Assembly (NCBI GenBank): GCA_016932135.1
Contig: JAFGDJ010000069.1
Span: forward strand, 1 to 36,920
Direction: 5' to 3'
DNA from: Spirochaetales bacterium
GTDB lineage: Bacteria; Spirochaetota; Spirochaetia; JAFGDJ01
Length of the DNA stretch: 36,920 nucleotides
Under the pieces are notes generated by a model that had not been told where the DNA came from, did not search any database, and saw only the letters and a program-made list of their open reading frames with translations. Positions within the stretch are counted from its first letter, which is position 1; the number at the start of each line of letters is the position of its first letter. A program made the translations under genes and the position numbers. This document shows, piece by piece, positions 8,881-18,097 of this stretch.

Positions 8881-11031
8881 ATGAAAAGGCTGCTCTGTGC
8901 TCTTCTTCTGTTTTGTTCCCTGGGCTATATCAACGCCGAAGAGGTAAATATACAACAGCTGTTTTTTTCCTTTATGAAAGAAACTCAGGATTTTTCCCGA
9001 AATAGTGAAGGATCACCGGAAGAGAAAGCTCTTCTGAAATGGATGACGAAAGAATTAGAGGCTGCAAATATTCCTTATGAAATAAGAGACTTTCAAGAAG
9101 CCCGGGATTTTTTTTCCTTTTCTTCCATCCTTTCCGTCGATATTCCGGGGAAGCGGAATGACACCCTTATCTTTGTGGTACCCATCAACGGTGCCCCGGA
9201 GGCGCAAAATACCGACGGCATGATCAACCTTTCATCGGCTTTCACCGCCTTACAGTATTTTCACCGGCACACCCCGGAGGTCTCGATGAAATTTCTCTTT
9301 CCGGGCGCCGAATACGGACCGGCTCCGGCATATCCCCTGGGCACCCGGTATTTTCTTCGTGATTATTTTGCCGAAGACCCCGCGGCAGTGCTCTATTTCG
9401 ATCTTCAAAGCCCCTCGGAGGGCCTCCGGTTACGGACCGGCGGCGAAAAGATTGTCGCCCCCCGGTGGCTGGTACAGACGATTTCCCAGACCTTGCGAAA
9501 CGCAGGCATTCCCTTCGATTATTCATCCACCGAAGCCCTGACCGCCCGCTTAGGGGTTCTGGACAGTCTTCCTCTCATGGACCCCTTTCTTCAGGCTGGA
9601 TACCCGGCCGTCTTTTTCAAGGGTTTTCCCTCTATGGGAGGGGATGAAACCTGGATTGAACGGTATATCACCTTTCTTACATCCCTTTCCTCGGCATTAC
9701 AGAACGGGATTCCCTCCACCTGGGATCGAAACTACCTTTTTCTCCATTTGCCGGGTCGTGATATTGTTCTGGGCGAGACGACCTTCATCACCAGCCTTAT
9801 CATCCTTTTTTGCTGTCTCCTGGCCTATCCGCTTCTCTTCAGCCGCCCCTTTCGCCGGTATGCCGGAGCGGTGGGGAAACATGCTTACCTGTTGCCGGCC
9901 CTGCTTTCGGCGATATACCTGTTCCTCCTGTTGGGAACCCTGCCGGTACGTCTGATCCCGACTCTTCAAGGTTTCCCCGATATCTGGGAAAGACTCCCGT
10001 TTCAGTATTTCGCTTTGAAATGTACCGGCGCGGTTTTGCTGTTCATGCTGCTGTTTCGCCTGGTACGACATATTCCTTTTCCCCGAAACAGCAGTTTTTA
10101 TTCGGGAGCCGCGATTCTTTTTCTTATCCTGGATATTCTTATACTCAGCACCATGGATATTGCGTTGACGGTTTATGTGGTCTGGGCTTTGTGCTTTGCC
10201 TTCCTGTTCACCCTGATGCCCAATAAATATCTGAAAATCCTCTGTTTTCTTTTATCCATGGTATGGCTTTTCATCATTCTGCACGATCTTTTCACTCTTC
10301 CGGCGATTCGGGTCTGCGGATTTCTTATTCACTCCGTGGTATGGGGGAATCTGCTTATTTCCTTTATCCTTCTCCCCTTCCTGCTCATGCTTCTGCGCAT
10401 CGATCTGCTTTTTGCCCACCCAAAAACTCGCCGGCGGAACATTATCACCCGGAGCACCTTCATTGTCCTTCTCGGTGTTATTGGGTATCTAACCATTACC
10501 CTGGCACTCTACAACCCCTACAGTGAAGATGAACCCCAGCCCCTCTATGTCGCTGAAACCCTGACATCCGGTGGACATCGCGCGGAAATTTCGAGTCCCG
10601 CCGGCCTGAAAGAAATCGGAAGAAACGACCTTTCCATAACCCTCCCGGCGATACCGGCGGAACATTTCCTGGAGACACAGCTGACCACCACCACCTTCCT
10701 GGACCGGATGAACATCTCCCTGGTTTTAAAGCCCGTGGGAACTCCGGAAGAAATTTCCGTTGTCTTCAACTCCCGGGAAAAAACCATCATTTATGACTCT
10801 TCCCATCCCTACTCAGCGGATCCGGATACCCCTTCAATTCTCTTTCACCTGGGGAGGAACCCTCCCGAGAATCTTACCCTGGAAACCACCCTTCCTTCGA
10901 TACAGGAGGGAGTGTTCCATATCACCGCGTCCTATAACCTTCCACCCTTTACCATCCAGCCGGGGGAGGAACCCCTGATGGTTTACCGAACCCTGAAGGT
11001 GGAAAAAACCCTGCCTATAGTCCCGCCGTAA
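8881..11031 (+). CDS. large polytopic membrane protein with a periplasmic degenerate M28-peptidase-like N-domain
   Basis: Signal peptide (MKRLLCALLLFCSLGYINA). A periplasmic domain of about 270 aa has an M28-like block (KFLFPGAEYGP...GTRYFL) whose Glu-Glu is replaced by Glu-Tyr. About 9-10 TM helices span residues ~290-560, and a ~160-aa C-terminal extracytoplasmic domain follows. I recognise no confident family. Confidence 0.6.
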   Translation: MKRLLCALLLFCSLGYINAEEVNIQQLFFSFMKETQDFSRNSEGSPEEKALLKWMTKELEAANIPYEIRDFQEARDFFSFSSILSVDIPGKRNDTLIFVVPINGAPEAQNTDGMINLSSAFTALQYFHRHTPEVSMKFLFPGAEYGPAPAYPLGTRYFLRDYFAEDPAAVLYFDLQSPSEGLRLRTGGEKIVAPRWLVQTISQTLRNAGIPFDYSSTEALTARLGVLDSLPLMDPFLQAGYPAVFFKGFPSMGGDETWIERYITFLTSLSSALQNGIPSTWDRNYLFLHLPGRDIVLGETTFITSLIILFCCLLAYPLLFSRPFRRYAGAVGKHAYLLPALLSAIYLFLLLGTLPVRLIPTLQGFPDIWERLPFQYFALKCTGAVLLFMLLFRLVRHIPFPRNSSFYSGAAILFLILDILILSTMDIALTVYVVWALCFAFLFTLMPNKYLKILCFLLSMVWLFIILHDLFTLPAIRVCGFLIHSVVWGNLLISFILLPFLLMLLRIDLLFAHPKTRRRNIITRSTFIVLLGVIGYLTITLALYNPYSEDEPQPLYVAETLTSGGHRAEISSPAGLKEIGRNDLSITLPAIPAEHFLETQLTTTTFLDRMNISLVLKPVGTPEEISVVFNSREKTIIYDSSHPYSADPDTPSILFHLGRNPPENLTLETTLPSIQEGVFHITASYNLPPFTIQPGEEPLMVYRTLKVEKTLPIVPP

Positions 11032-11118
11032 CAGGGGAAACAGTCAAAGGCTTTACCGGACTGAAAGAGGTTATCCTTTCGCATTGACACCCTAGTATCC
11101 ATGGAGTAGGATTCGTCT

Positions 11119-13407
11119 ATGAAAAGAATCCTATTATTCCTTAATATGTTCCTTTTTCTTTCCGTTTTTACCCTCTTCGGTCAACTGGTCGATAATTCCC
11201 TGGGGCGGTCGATGCTCCGGATCTTTCCCGAACTGGCCAATGGCTACATCGACCTCAACGGGAACGGCAGGCTCGATGAGCTGGATGACGTAAATGAACG
11301 GATTCCCGACTCCGAAGTAAAAGATTCGGTTGTCCAGGTTCAGGAGGTTCTGGATTTCCTGCTGGAATACTACCCATACCTCCCCTACAATAAGATCAAG
11401 TCGGTACAGACAGCTCTGAATACCGACGCGGAAGGAGCCATCCCGGAGATCATATCCTTGAGCTGGAAAACCCGGCTGGAAGAAATTGTGACTCTTCGTC
11501 AAAAAATGGGAGAGGATACCATTCGCCTGACTCCTACGGCTTTACGGGAGGCTCATGCCGTTATGTCGGGACATCTAACCGCCATGGCCATGTCCTTCAA
11601 AAAGGAAAGCAGAAACGATGAGCAGTCCTTCATTAAAGCCCGGGATGAATTACTCGGCATGCTGGAGAAGGGTTACCCCCTGCCAGAAAATATACCCCCG
11701 GATGAGCGAAGCATTCTGATCAACACCCTTATTCATACCACGTCGAACCCCCGGAACCCTGCCGGAGCCCTGAAGACCTCGTTAAAAACCCTGGGTACCC
11801 TGGAAGCCGAAGAGGCGGTTCCCTATATCCTGGCTTTGCTGGAAAACACAACCTACCGGCACGCCTGTATCCAGGCCCTGGGGGAAATCGGAAACGCCAC
11901 CGCCGTGGAGGTACTGAGAGAGATCGCTCAATCGGATCAGCCGGAGGAAACCCTCAATATAACCTACCGCGCCCTCGGCAGAATCGGCGGGCGGGAAGGG
12001 ACCGATCTTCTGATCAGCCTGGCGGGAACCGCCGGGAAAAACGCCTCCTCCGACACCACGGCGGCCCTGGCGGAAGCCTTCACGGAAGCCGCCGCCGGGG
12101 GTACTGCGGACCGAAGGATCGCCGCGCTTTTGAATTCCTATGCCGAATCGGAGTCTCCGGAAATACGGAAAACCGCCATGCGCGGCCTGGGCTACTTCAA
12201 CAACCAGGAAACAGCCCAGACGCTCCTGACAAAACTGAAGACGGAATCGGACGAGGAAGTAAAAGCCGAGATAATACGCGCTTTGAACAGGATGCAGCAC
12301 CCGGCAATAATCGCCACCTTTGCCGCCATGCTCAAGGACGAAGGGTTATCCCCTTTTCTGCAGAAAGAAATCCTCAGCGCCCTGGGCTCTAACCCGGAAG
12401 GAGCAAAGGCGGCGGTGCAAATTCTCGATTTTCTTGGAAATACCAATGCGTCGGTGCGTGCTCAGGCCAGGAAAACCCTTTTTGCCCTCTACAGGGTCGA
12501 CCAGAAAGCCATCGCCGCCGTGCTTTCCCGGGGTGCCGCGGCGGGAAAGGACAACGGCTTTTTGAAGGAGGTGACGGGGATTCTTTCGGACATCGCGGAC
12601 CCCGACACTCTGCCGGTGCTGACGACCCTCCTCCAGAATCCTTCGGCGGAGATCAAGAAGAACGTTACCTGGGCACTCTACCGCATTGCCCCGAAAGACA
12701 ATATTCGCCTGGCCGGGGATCTGGCAAAGATCGTGGCGGGAGAGTCGGAAGCCCTGGACGCCCGGATAAACGCCGTTCGGGCCCTGGGGGCGATGAATAC
12801 GGACAATCCTTCCCTGAACGTCTGGCAGACCCTCCTTACCACCGCCAAGATGCGGGGGGACAAGTATACCATGCTCCGGTTTTACGCCGTAAAGGCTCTG
12901 GGCGACCTGGGGATTAAGAACGCGGAAATATCCAACACACTGGCCCAGTTGGCCTTGCGGGAAACGGATAAGGGAATACAAACGGAAGCCTTACGATCCT
13001 TACAGCGGCTTCTTTACCCGACAGCGGAAATGGAGCAAACCCTCACTCTGGCCTTTCGAGCCGGTGACGACCAGGAAAATCGCGTGATTATTGTTGAAAT
13101 TCTGGGGGACATGAAGGCCGATACCGCCGTGGATTCGGCCGTCAAAGCCTTCGCCGATGAAAACGACGGGTCGCGGAAACTGCGGATCCTCTACAGCCTT
13201 TCCAAGGTCGGCACCACCGAAGCCTTCAACGTGATGATCGATTTTGCCGCGGACAGGAGCCTGGAGGACTACATTCTCGGAGCCCTGGAGGGGGCCGACC
13301 CGGCGGTTCTTTCATCCCTCATCGAGAACCGATTAAAAACCGAGAAACGGGAGGATCTGGTCGAAATCCTGGAAAGACTGAAAAATACTCTTGAAGAACG
13401 TTTCTAA
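11119..13407 (+). CDS. secreted HEAT/ARM-repeat (PBS-lyase-like) protein
   Basis: N-terminal signal peptide. Many tandem repeats of about 30 aa match HEAT-like units (x-RxxAxxALGxIGxxxAxxxLxxLLxD), for example IQALGEIGNATAVEVLREIA, VRALGAMN and AVKALGDLG. Confidence 0.75.
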   Translation: MKRILLFLNMFLFLSVFTLFGQLVDNSLGRSMLRIFPELANGYIDLNGNGRLDELDDVNERIPDSEVKDSVVQVQEVLDFLLEYYPYLPYNKIKSVQTALNTDAEGAIPEIISLSWKTRLEEIVTLRQKMGEDTIRLTPTALREAHAVMSGHLTAMAMSFKKESRNDEQSFIKARDELLGMLEKGYPLPENIPPDERSILINTLIHTTSNPRNPAGALKTSLKTLGTLEAEEAVPYILALLENTTYRHACIQALGEIGNATAVEVLREIAQSDQPEETLNITYRALGRIGGREGTDLLISLAGTAGKNASSDTTAALAEAFTEAAAGGTADRRIAALLNSYAESESPEIRKTAMRGLGYFNNQETAQTLLTKLKTESDEEVKAEIIRALNRMQHPAIIATFAAMLKDEGLSPFLQKEILSALGSNPEGAKAAVQILDFLGNTNASVRAQARKTLFALYRVDQKAIAAVLSRGAAAGKDNGFLKEVTGILSDIADPDTLPVLTTLLQNPSAEIKKNVTWALYRIAPKDNIRLAGDLAKIVAGESEALDARINAVRALGAMNTDNPSLNVWQTLLTTAKMRGDKYTMLRFYAVKALGDLGIKNAEISNTLAQLALRETDKGIQTEALRSLQRLLYPTAEMEQTLTLAFRAGDDQENRVIIVEILGDMKADTAVDSAVKAFADENDGSRKLRILYSLSKVGTTEAFNVMIDFAADRSLEDYILGALEGADPAVLSSLIENRLKTEKREDLVEILERLKNTLEERF

Positions 13408-14593
13408 ATATTTTTTTCATGTAGATCTTGACGCTTTTTACGCTTCCGTCGAACAGGCGGATAACCCGGAATACCGGGGCAAGCCGGTGATCATCGGTGC
13501 TTTACCCGGCCATCGGGGGGTTGTAGCCGCCTGCTCCTATGAAGCCCGAAAATTCGGTGTCCACTCAGCCATGCCCATAAGCCACGCCTACCGGCTCTGC
13601 CCCGGGGGAATCTATCTTCCCGTAAGAATGCACCGTTACCAGGAGCTTTCCGGCCGGGTAATGGACATCCTGAAGAACTACACCCCTGCTCTCAGGCAGA
13701 TATCCATCGATGAAGCCTCCATGGATATGTCCGGCACCGCCCGGCTTTTCGGTCCTCCCGAAGAAGCGGCCGCCGGGATAAAAAGAAAGATTCGGGAAGA
13801 GACAGGACTCACCCTGTCCATCGGCATCGCCCCCAACCGTTACCTGGCGAAACTCGCTTCCGAAAAGGATAAACCAGACGGACTGTACGAAATAAAAACG
13901 GGAGAAGAGGAGTCTTTTATTGAAACCCTCGAGTTAAAGGATATCTGGGGTTTAGGGCAGAAGATGAGAGAGCGGCTGACGGAGCTGAACATTCTTACCG
14001 TCCAGGATCTAAAAAAATTTCCCGAGCGAATGCTCAGGGACATGGTAGGCAAGGCTGCCGGTTCCTACCTTTACCGGGTGGTCCGGGGTATCGACCCGGG
14101 GATCTATAACGATAGTCCGAAATCCCGATCCATGAGCAGCGAGATCACCTTTGAACAGGACAGCCGCGACACCGAAGGCATGAAGAACATGCTCCTGGAT
14201 ATATCCCATCAATTGATGTTCAGAATTATGCAGCATGAATACCGGGCGAAGACCGTGGAGTTGAAAATTCGATATGAAGACTTCTCCACCATCAGCGGAC
14301 GAAAAACCGTCCGGCATTATATCAATTCGGCGGAAGAAATATACGCCCTTGCTTTGGAACTCCTGGAAGCCCGGCGGGACTCCTCCCGGGCGGTACGGTT
14401 AATCGGCCTGGGGGTATCCTCCCTGGAAGAGGGGGAAGAACCCGCACAGAAGGAGCTCTTTCAGGATGGCTACGATCGGAAAAAGATGGTGGAAGAGGCG
14501 GTGTTTCGGATGCAGAAACAAGGAAGCGCTGTCGTAAAGGCCAGCCTGCTGAAACAGAAAAACGAAAAAAAGAAGCCCTTTGAACGAAATTAG
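13391..14593 (+). CDS. dinB: DNA polymerase IV (Y-family translesion polymerase)
   Basis: It has an N-terminal catalytic block (FFHVDLDAFYASVEQ...VIIG...VVAACSYEARKFGVHSAMP) and a little-finger domain. The only in-frame start candidate is TTG 13391, which overlaps the upstream gene end by 17 bp. Confidence 0.9.
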   Translation: MKNVSKYFFHVDLDAFYASVEQADNPEYRGKPVIIGALPGHRGVVAACSYEARKFGVHSAMPISHAYRLCPGGIYLPVRMHRYQELSGRVMDILKNYTPALRQISIDEASMDMSGTARLFGPPEEAAAGIKRKIREETGLTLSIGIAPNRYLAKLASEKDKPDGLYEIKTGEEESFIETLELKDIWGLGQKMRERLTELNILTVQDLKKFPERMLRDMVGKAAGSYLYRVVRGIDPGIYNDSPKSRSMSSEITFEQDSRDTEGMKNMLLDISHQLMFRIMQHEYRAKTVELKIRYEDFSTISGRKTVRHYINSAEEIYALALELLEARRDSSRAVRLIGLGVSSLEEGEEPAQKELFQDGYDRKKMVEEAVFRMQKQGSAVVKASLLKQKNEKKKPFERN

Positions 14594-15534
14594 CTTTCCC
14601 AGGTGGAAAGAATTGTCCGGGCCCTGCCAAGATCGTGTTTTTCCAGGGGAGTCAAAAAAGCCCGGAAGGTCAGATCTTGGATAACTTCTCGCAGGATTTT
14701 TTTAGCCTCCTCCCGGTCGGAGATGGCTTCGATATCTACAATCCCCTCATAGTAACAATTCTTTAAAAATATATCCTCGCGAGATTCATACGACGAAGCC
14801 ATGCTCTTCCATTCCCGCTGTCTCCTGGCGATAGTCCAGTCTCTTGCCCAAAGGTGATTTGCCAGTTCGATGTAAAATCCATATCGGACTCCTGGAGCCG
14901 CTCCTGAGGCTATTTCTGCCCTGTTGGCTTCCAGGGACTTTCGCCCCAGGGAGACAGCGTAGGCCTTGTTTCCGAAACTCAAAGGAAAACCCGGCAGTAC
15001 TTGGTACAGGATACCCAGAACATACCAGGTGTCGCCGTGGTCGCCGTACATCCGCACCACCGTTGAAAGGAGATCCCGCACTGTTTTCGCCTGGAACAGG
15101 GCGTTCAGAATACCCTTCGCCTGAGCCCACCTGGCCAGGCTGGAAGCCTTCCAGAAATATCCCTGCCAGGCGTCCGGATTGAGACGCAGGGCCTGGTCTG
15201 CGTATTCCTCTCCCCGGGAATACCAGGTAAGGAGTTCCTCTGCCGTGGCTCCCTGTTCATACCTTTCATCCCCCGAGTCGAGACTGTGCCTGGCCAAACG
15301 CCAGTAGATCGCCCAGGTTTCTGAACTGTAGGCCGGATCGTCCAGGGCTCCCAGGAGCAGTTCAAAAGCTTCCTCATGCCGCCGTTCTGCATAGAGCTCA
15401 TCGGACCTGGAAAGAGGATCTTCCGCCGCCAGGAAACCCGGGCTTTGGAAAAAGAGAAGAAGTATACAGAAAGGCAAAAGAACCTGTCGAGGGCAATTTA
15501 AAATCATGCTCCATGGTAGTTTCGGAAGAAACAA
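14590..15534 (-). CDS. exported TPR-like/helical-repeat hypothetical protein
   Basis: Signal peptide (MILNCPRQVLLPFCILLLFFQSPGFLA/AE). The rest is helical and Trp/Tyr-rich, consistent with TPR-like repeats. The likely true start is ATG 15507 rather than TTG 15534. Confidence 0.6.
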   Translation of the reverse strand: MFLPKLPWSMILNCPRQVLLPFCILLLFFQSPGFLAAEDPLSRSDELYAERRHEEAFELLLGALDDPAYSSETWAIYWRLARHSLDSGDERYEQGATAEELLTWYSRGEEYADQALRLNPDAWQGYFWKASSLARWAQAKGILNALFQAKTVRDLLSTVVRMYGDHGDTWYVLGILYQVLPGFPLSFGNKAYAVSLGRKSLEANRAEIASGAAPGVRYGFYIELANHLWARDWTIARRQREWKSMASSYESREDIFLKNCYYEGIVDIEAISDREEAKKILREVIQDLTFRAFLTPLEKHDLGRARTILSTWES

Positions 15535-15650
15535 CTGTCAAGAGAAGATAACGCGGTGCCTTCTCCTGCACGCATCCCGCCTATCCAAGCCTCCCGTCGA
15601 CAGGTCCTTCGTCTTGACCAGTCATGATGTTCCGTGAAGAATAGGCCCCG

Positions 15651-16670
15651 ATGATGTGGAATTATTTTCTCCCCGCGGTCTACTCCATGATCCCCCTGTT
15701 TCTTATTACCGCCTTGGGATTTTTCCTGGTGCGCCTCAAAAAAATCGGACCCGCTTTTATTCGATCCTTAAGCTACTTCCTCATCAATGTGGCTCTGCCC
15801 TGCTGGCTCTTCACAAAGCTTATTCGGACCGGCAGAGAAAACCTTTTTTCATCCCTCCTTTTTCCCGGAGCGGCGTTTTTCATCATTGCCCTGGGGTTTC
15901 TTCTGGGTATCATCACGTTTTTCCTGTGGCGGGTCAGGGATAAACAGCGAGCCGCCGGATGGGCCATGGCGGGGCTGGGAAACTCGGGCTATCTTCCTCT
16001 GGCCATATCCTCATCCCTGCCGATGGCCTTGCCGGCCATTGCCCCTTTCCTGCCGGAAGAAACCGCGGCCCTGTACATCGGCATGTATCTGGTAATAATG
16101 AATCCGCTCCTCTGGACCTTCGGGAACTACCTGGTGGCGGGAGATCTGGGAAAACCACGTTTTGGGGATCTCCTTACCCCCCCGGCTATAAGCGTTCTTG
16201 TCGGCGTATTGGTGGTGCTCCTGGACGGAAGCCGCTTCTGGAATGACACATTCTCTCCCTTTTACTACCTGATCAACACCCTGGAAACCCTGGGAGCCAT
16301 GACACTTCCCACGGTATTGATCTGTCTGGGAGGCAGTATCGGCCAGACCAGCCTGGAAGGCTTCAAATCGGGGGGGAAACAACTGCGCTTCACCGCGGCG
16401 GTAATGACGGTAAGACTGCTGCTCATGCCGGGGTTCTTTTTTCTTCTCTATGCCGTCTTTCGCCGTTTTTTTGATCTCCAGCCCGTACAGTACTGGGTCC
16501 TCTTCCTGGAAATGGTCACCCCTCCCGCCACCAACCTGGCGGTAATGGCTATTCGCGCCGAAAAAAACGAAGGATTAGTGGCGGAAACCCTCTTGTTTTC
16601 CTACCTGGGATATTTTTTGCTCTTTCCCTTCTACCTGGCTCTCTTTCTTTCTCTGCCGCTGTTTCATTGA
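15651..16670 (+). CDS. AEC-family (auxin-efflux-carrier/malate permease-like) transporter
   Basis: A membrane protein of about 10 TM helices with two homologous halves and AEC-like N- and C-terminal blocks. Confidence 0.75.
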   Translation: MMWNYFLPAVYSMIPLFLITALGFFLVRLKKIGPAFIRSLSYFLINVALPCWLFTKLIRTGRENLFSSLLFPGAAFFIIALGFLLGIITFFLWRVRDKQRAAGWAMAGLGNSGYLPLAISSSLPMALPAIAPFLPEETAALYIGMYLVIMNPLLWTFGNYLVAGDLGKPRFGDLLTPPAISVLVGVLVVLLDGSRFWNDTFSPFYYLINTLETLGAMTLPTVLICLGGSIGQTSLEGFKSGGKQLRFTAAVMTVRLLLMPGFFFLLYAVFRRFFDLQPVQYWVLFLEMVTPPATNLAVMAIRAEKNEGLVAETLLFSYLGYFLLFPFYLALFLSLPLFH

Positions 16671-17920
16671 TCCTTACCAGTGTCCAGGCGGTAAATCTCC
16701 AGGAGGTCATCGAGGAAATCTGTAAACACCACCAGGTTTCCCCGGGGGGACAGGGCAAGCCCCGTGGGCTGATTTCTGCCCCATACCCAGTCTTCCGGTT
16801 CCAGGGTGTCGGCGTCAAGCATGACAACCTTTCCGAACTCCGGCCCCTCCAGCAGATAGGTTTCCGGATTGTTTCTCCCCCGGAGGGATACAAATATGAA
16901 AGATCCGTCGGGAGACAGCCTCAGGGTATTGGGGTTGGGCCCCACATAGCGACGCTGAAGCACCTTTCCGGTGACCGGATCCACCAAGAGGACAAGGCCA
17001 TTGTACATATCCGTAACATACATACGCTTACCGTCTTGATGAAGGACGGTATGCCTGGCCGCTCCCGGCCCCAGGATGATTGTCCTGGTATACCTGAAAG
17101 CCTCACAGTCGATTACCGCCACGTTCCCGGTGTCAAACAAGGCCACATAGAGTTCCCTACCGTCGGGAGAAAAGGCCATTCCCCGGGGAGTCCCGCCCAC
17201 GGGAATAAGGGCCCTGATCCGTCCGGTAGAGGTCTCAAGAAAGGCCACGGTTCCTGAAGCCCAGTTGGAAACACAGCAGATTCCCCCGTCAGGGGAAGGA
17301 CAAAGAACCTTCGGCCAGAGGCCTCCGGTACTGTAGGCGGCTTTCCAGGCCCAGGAGGTGGTATCAAAGACCTGAATCTTCCCCGTACTCATCTGGCTCA
17401 CCCACAGTTCTCCCCGATGAGGCAGAAAAATCGATTCCACAAAGCCCTTCTTATCGGCGTCTGCTTCGGGAGGGTTGAGGGTCTTTATAAAACGCAAGGG
17501 GTCCGTACCGTAGAGATCTATTCCCGCATCATCCAGGCAGGGAATAACCAGGTACTGCCCGTCGGGACTGAAATCCGCGCTTTTCGGCTGACGGCCCGTG
17601 GGAAGCTCCCCGATGAGTCGAAGGCGCGAGTCCTTTCGTTCCAGTTTCTCCTGGAGAAGCATGCCGTCAAAAACGGTCAGGTCAATTTGTTTTTCGACGT
17701 ACCCCTCGGCGGACAGGGTAATCCGATGCCTCCCCGGTAACAGCGAATAAGCTCGAAATACACCGTTCTCCGCCAACAGTTCCGGGGTACCGAGGGAGGA
17801 CTGCAGAACCACCTGGGCTGGAAAGAGTTTCGTGAAAACCGTCGGCTCTTCCTCGCAAAAAAGAGTGGCCTCCGCAGCGACTGCAAATAGAAAAGAAAGG
17901 AAAAAACGGGATATTTTCAT
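16664..17920 (-). CDS. exported PEGA-domain / YVTN-type beta-propeller repeat protein
   Basis: Signal peptide (MKISRFFLSFLFAVAAEA). A PEGA-like N-domain (LLPGRHRITLSAEGY) is followed by repeated ~40-aa YVTN/NHL-like blades (SPDGxxLYV...D...TGKV). I preferred the ATG at 17920 to the TTG at 17965. Confidence 0.7.
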   Translation of the reverse strand: MKISRFFLSFLFAVAAEATLFCEEEPTVFTKLFPAQVVLQSSLGTPELLAENGVFRAYSLLPGRHRITLSAEGYVEKQIDLTVFDGMLLQEKLERKDSRLRLIGELPTGRQPKSADFSPDGQYLVIPCLDDAGIDLYGTDPLRFIKTLNPPEADADKKGFVESIFLPHRGELWVSQMSTGKIQVFDTTSWAWKAAYSTGGLWPKVLCPSPDGGICCVSNWASGTVAFLETSTGRIRALIPVGGTPRGMAFSPDGRELYVALFDTGNVAVIDCEAFRYTRTIILGPGAARHTVLHQDGKRMYVTDMYNGLVLLVDPVTGKVLQRRYVGPNPNTLRLSPDGSFIFVSLRGRNNPETYLLEGPEFGKVVMLDADTLEPEDWVWGRNQPTGLALSPRGNLVVFTDFLDDLLEIYRLDTGKDQ

Positions 17921-18097
17921 GTGACGACCACGAATAATTGTAGCCAGGAGAATGGAGAAGAGCAAGTAAAAATACCGAAGGAACAGGGAAAAACACTTAC
18001 GTCTCAGACCATGATTAGGATATGATAGGGTGACATTCTCAACTAAGGATAGTGTCTCTCTACCTGAGAAGGATACTCAACGAAAAGGAAGGGCATC

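Noticed and set aside
11782-12981. Minus-strand ORFs (172 aa and 211 aa) inside the HEAT-repeat gene
   Set aside because: They are antisense to a coherent repeat protein and have no start or SD context or recognisable domains.
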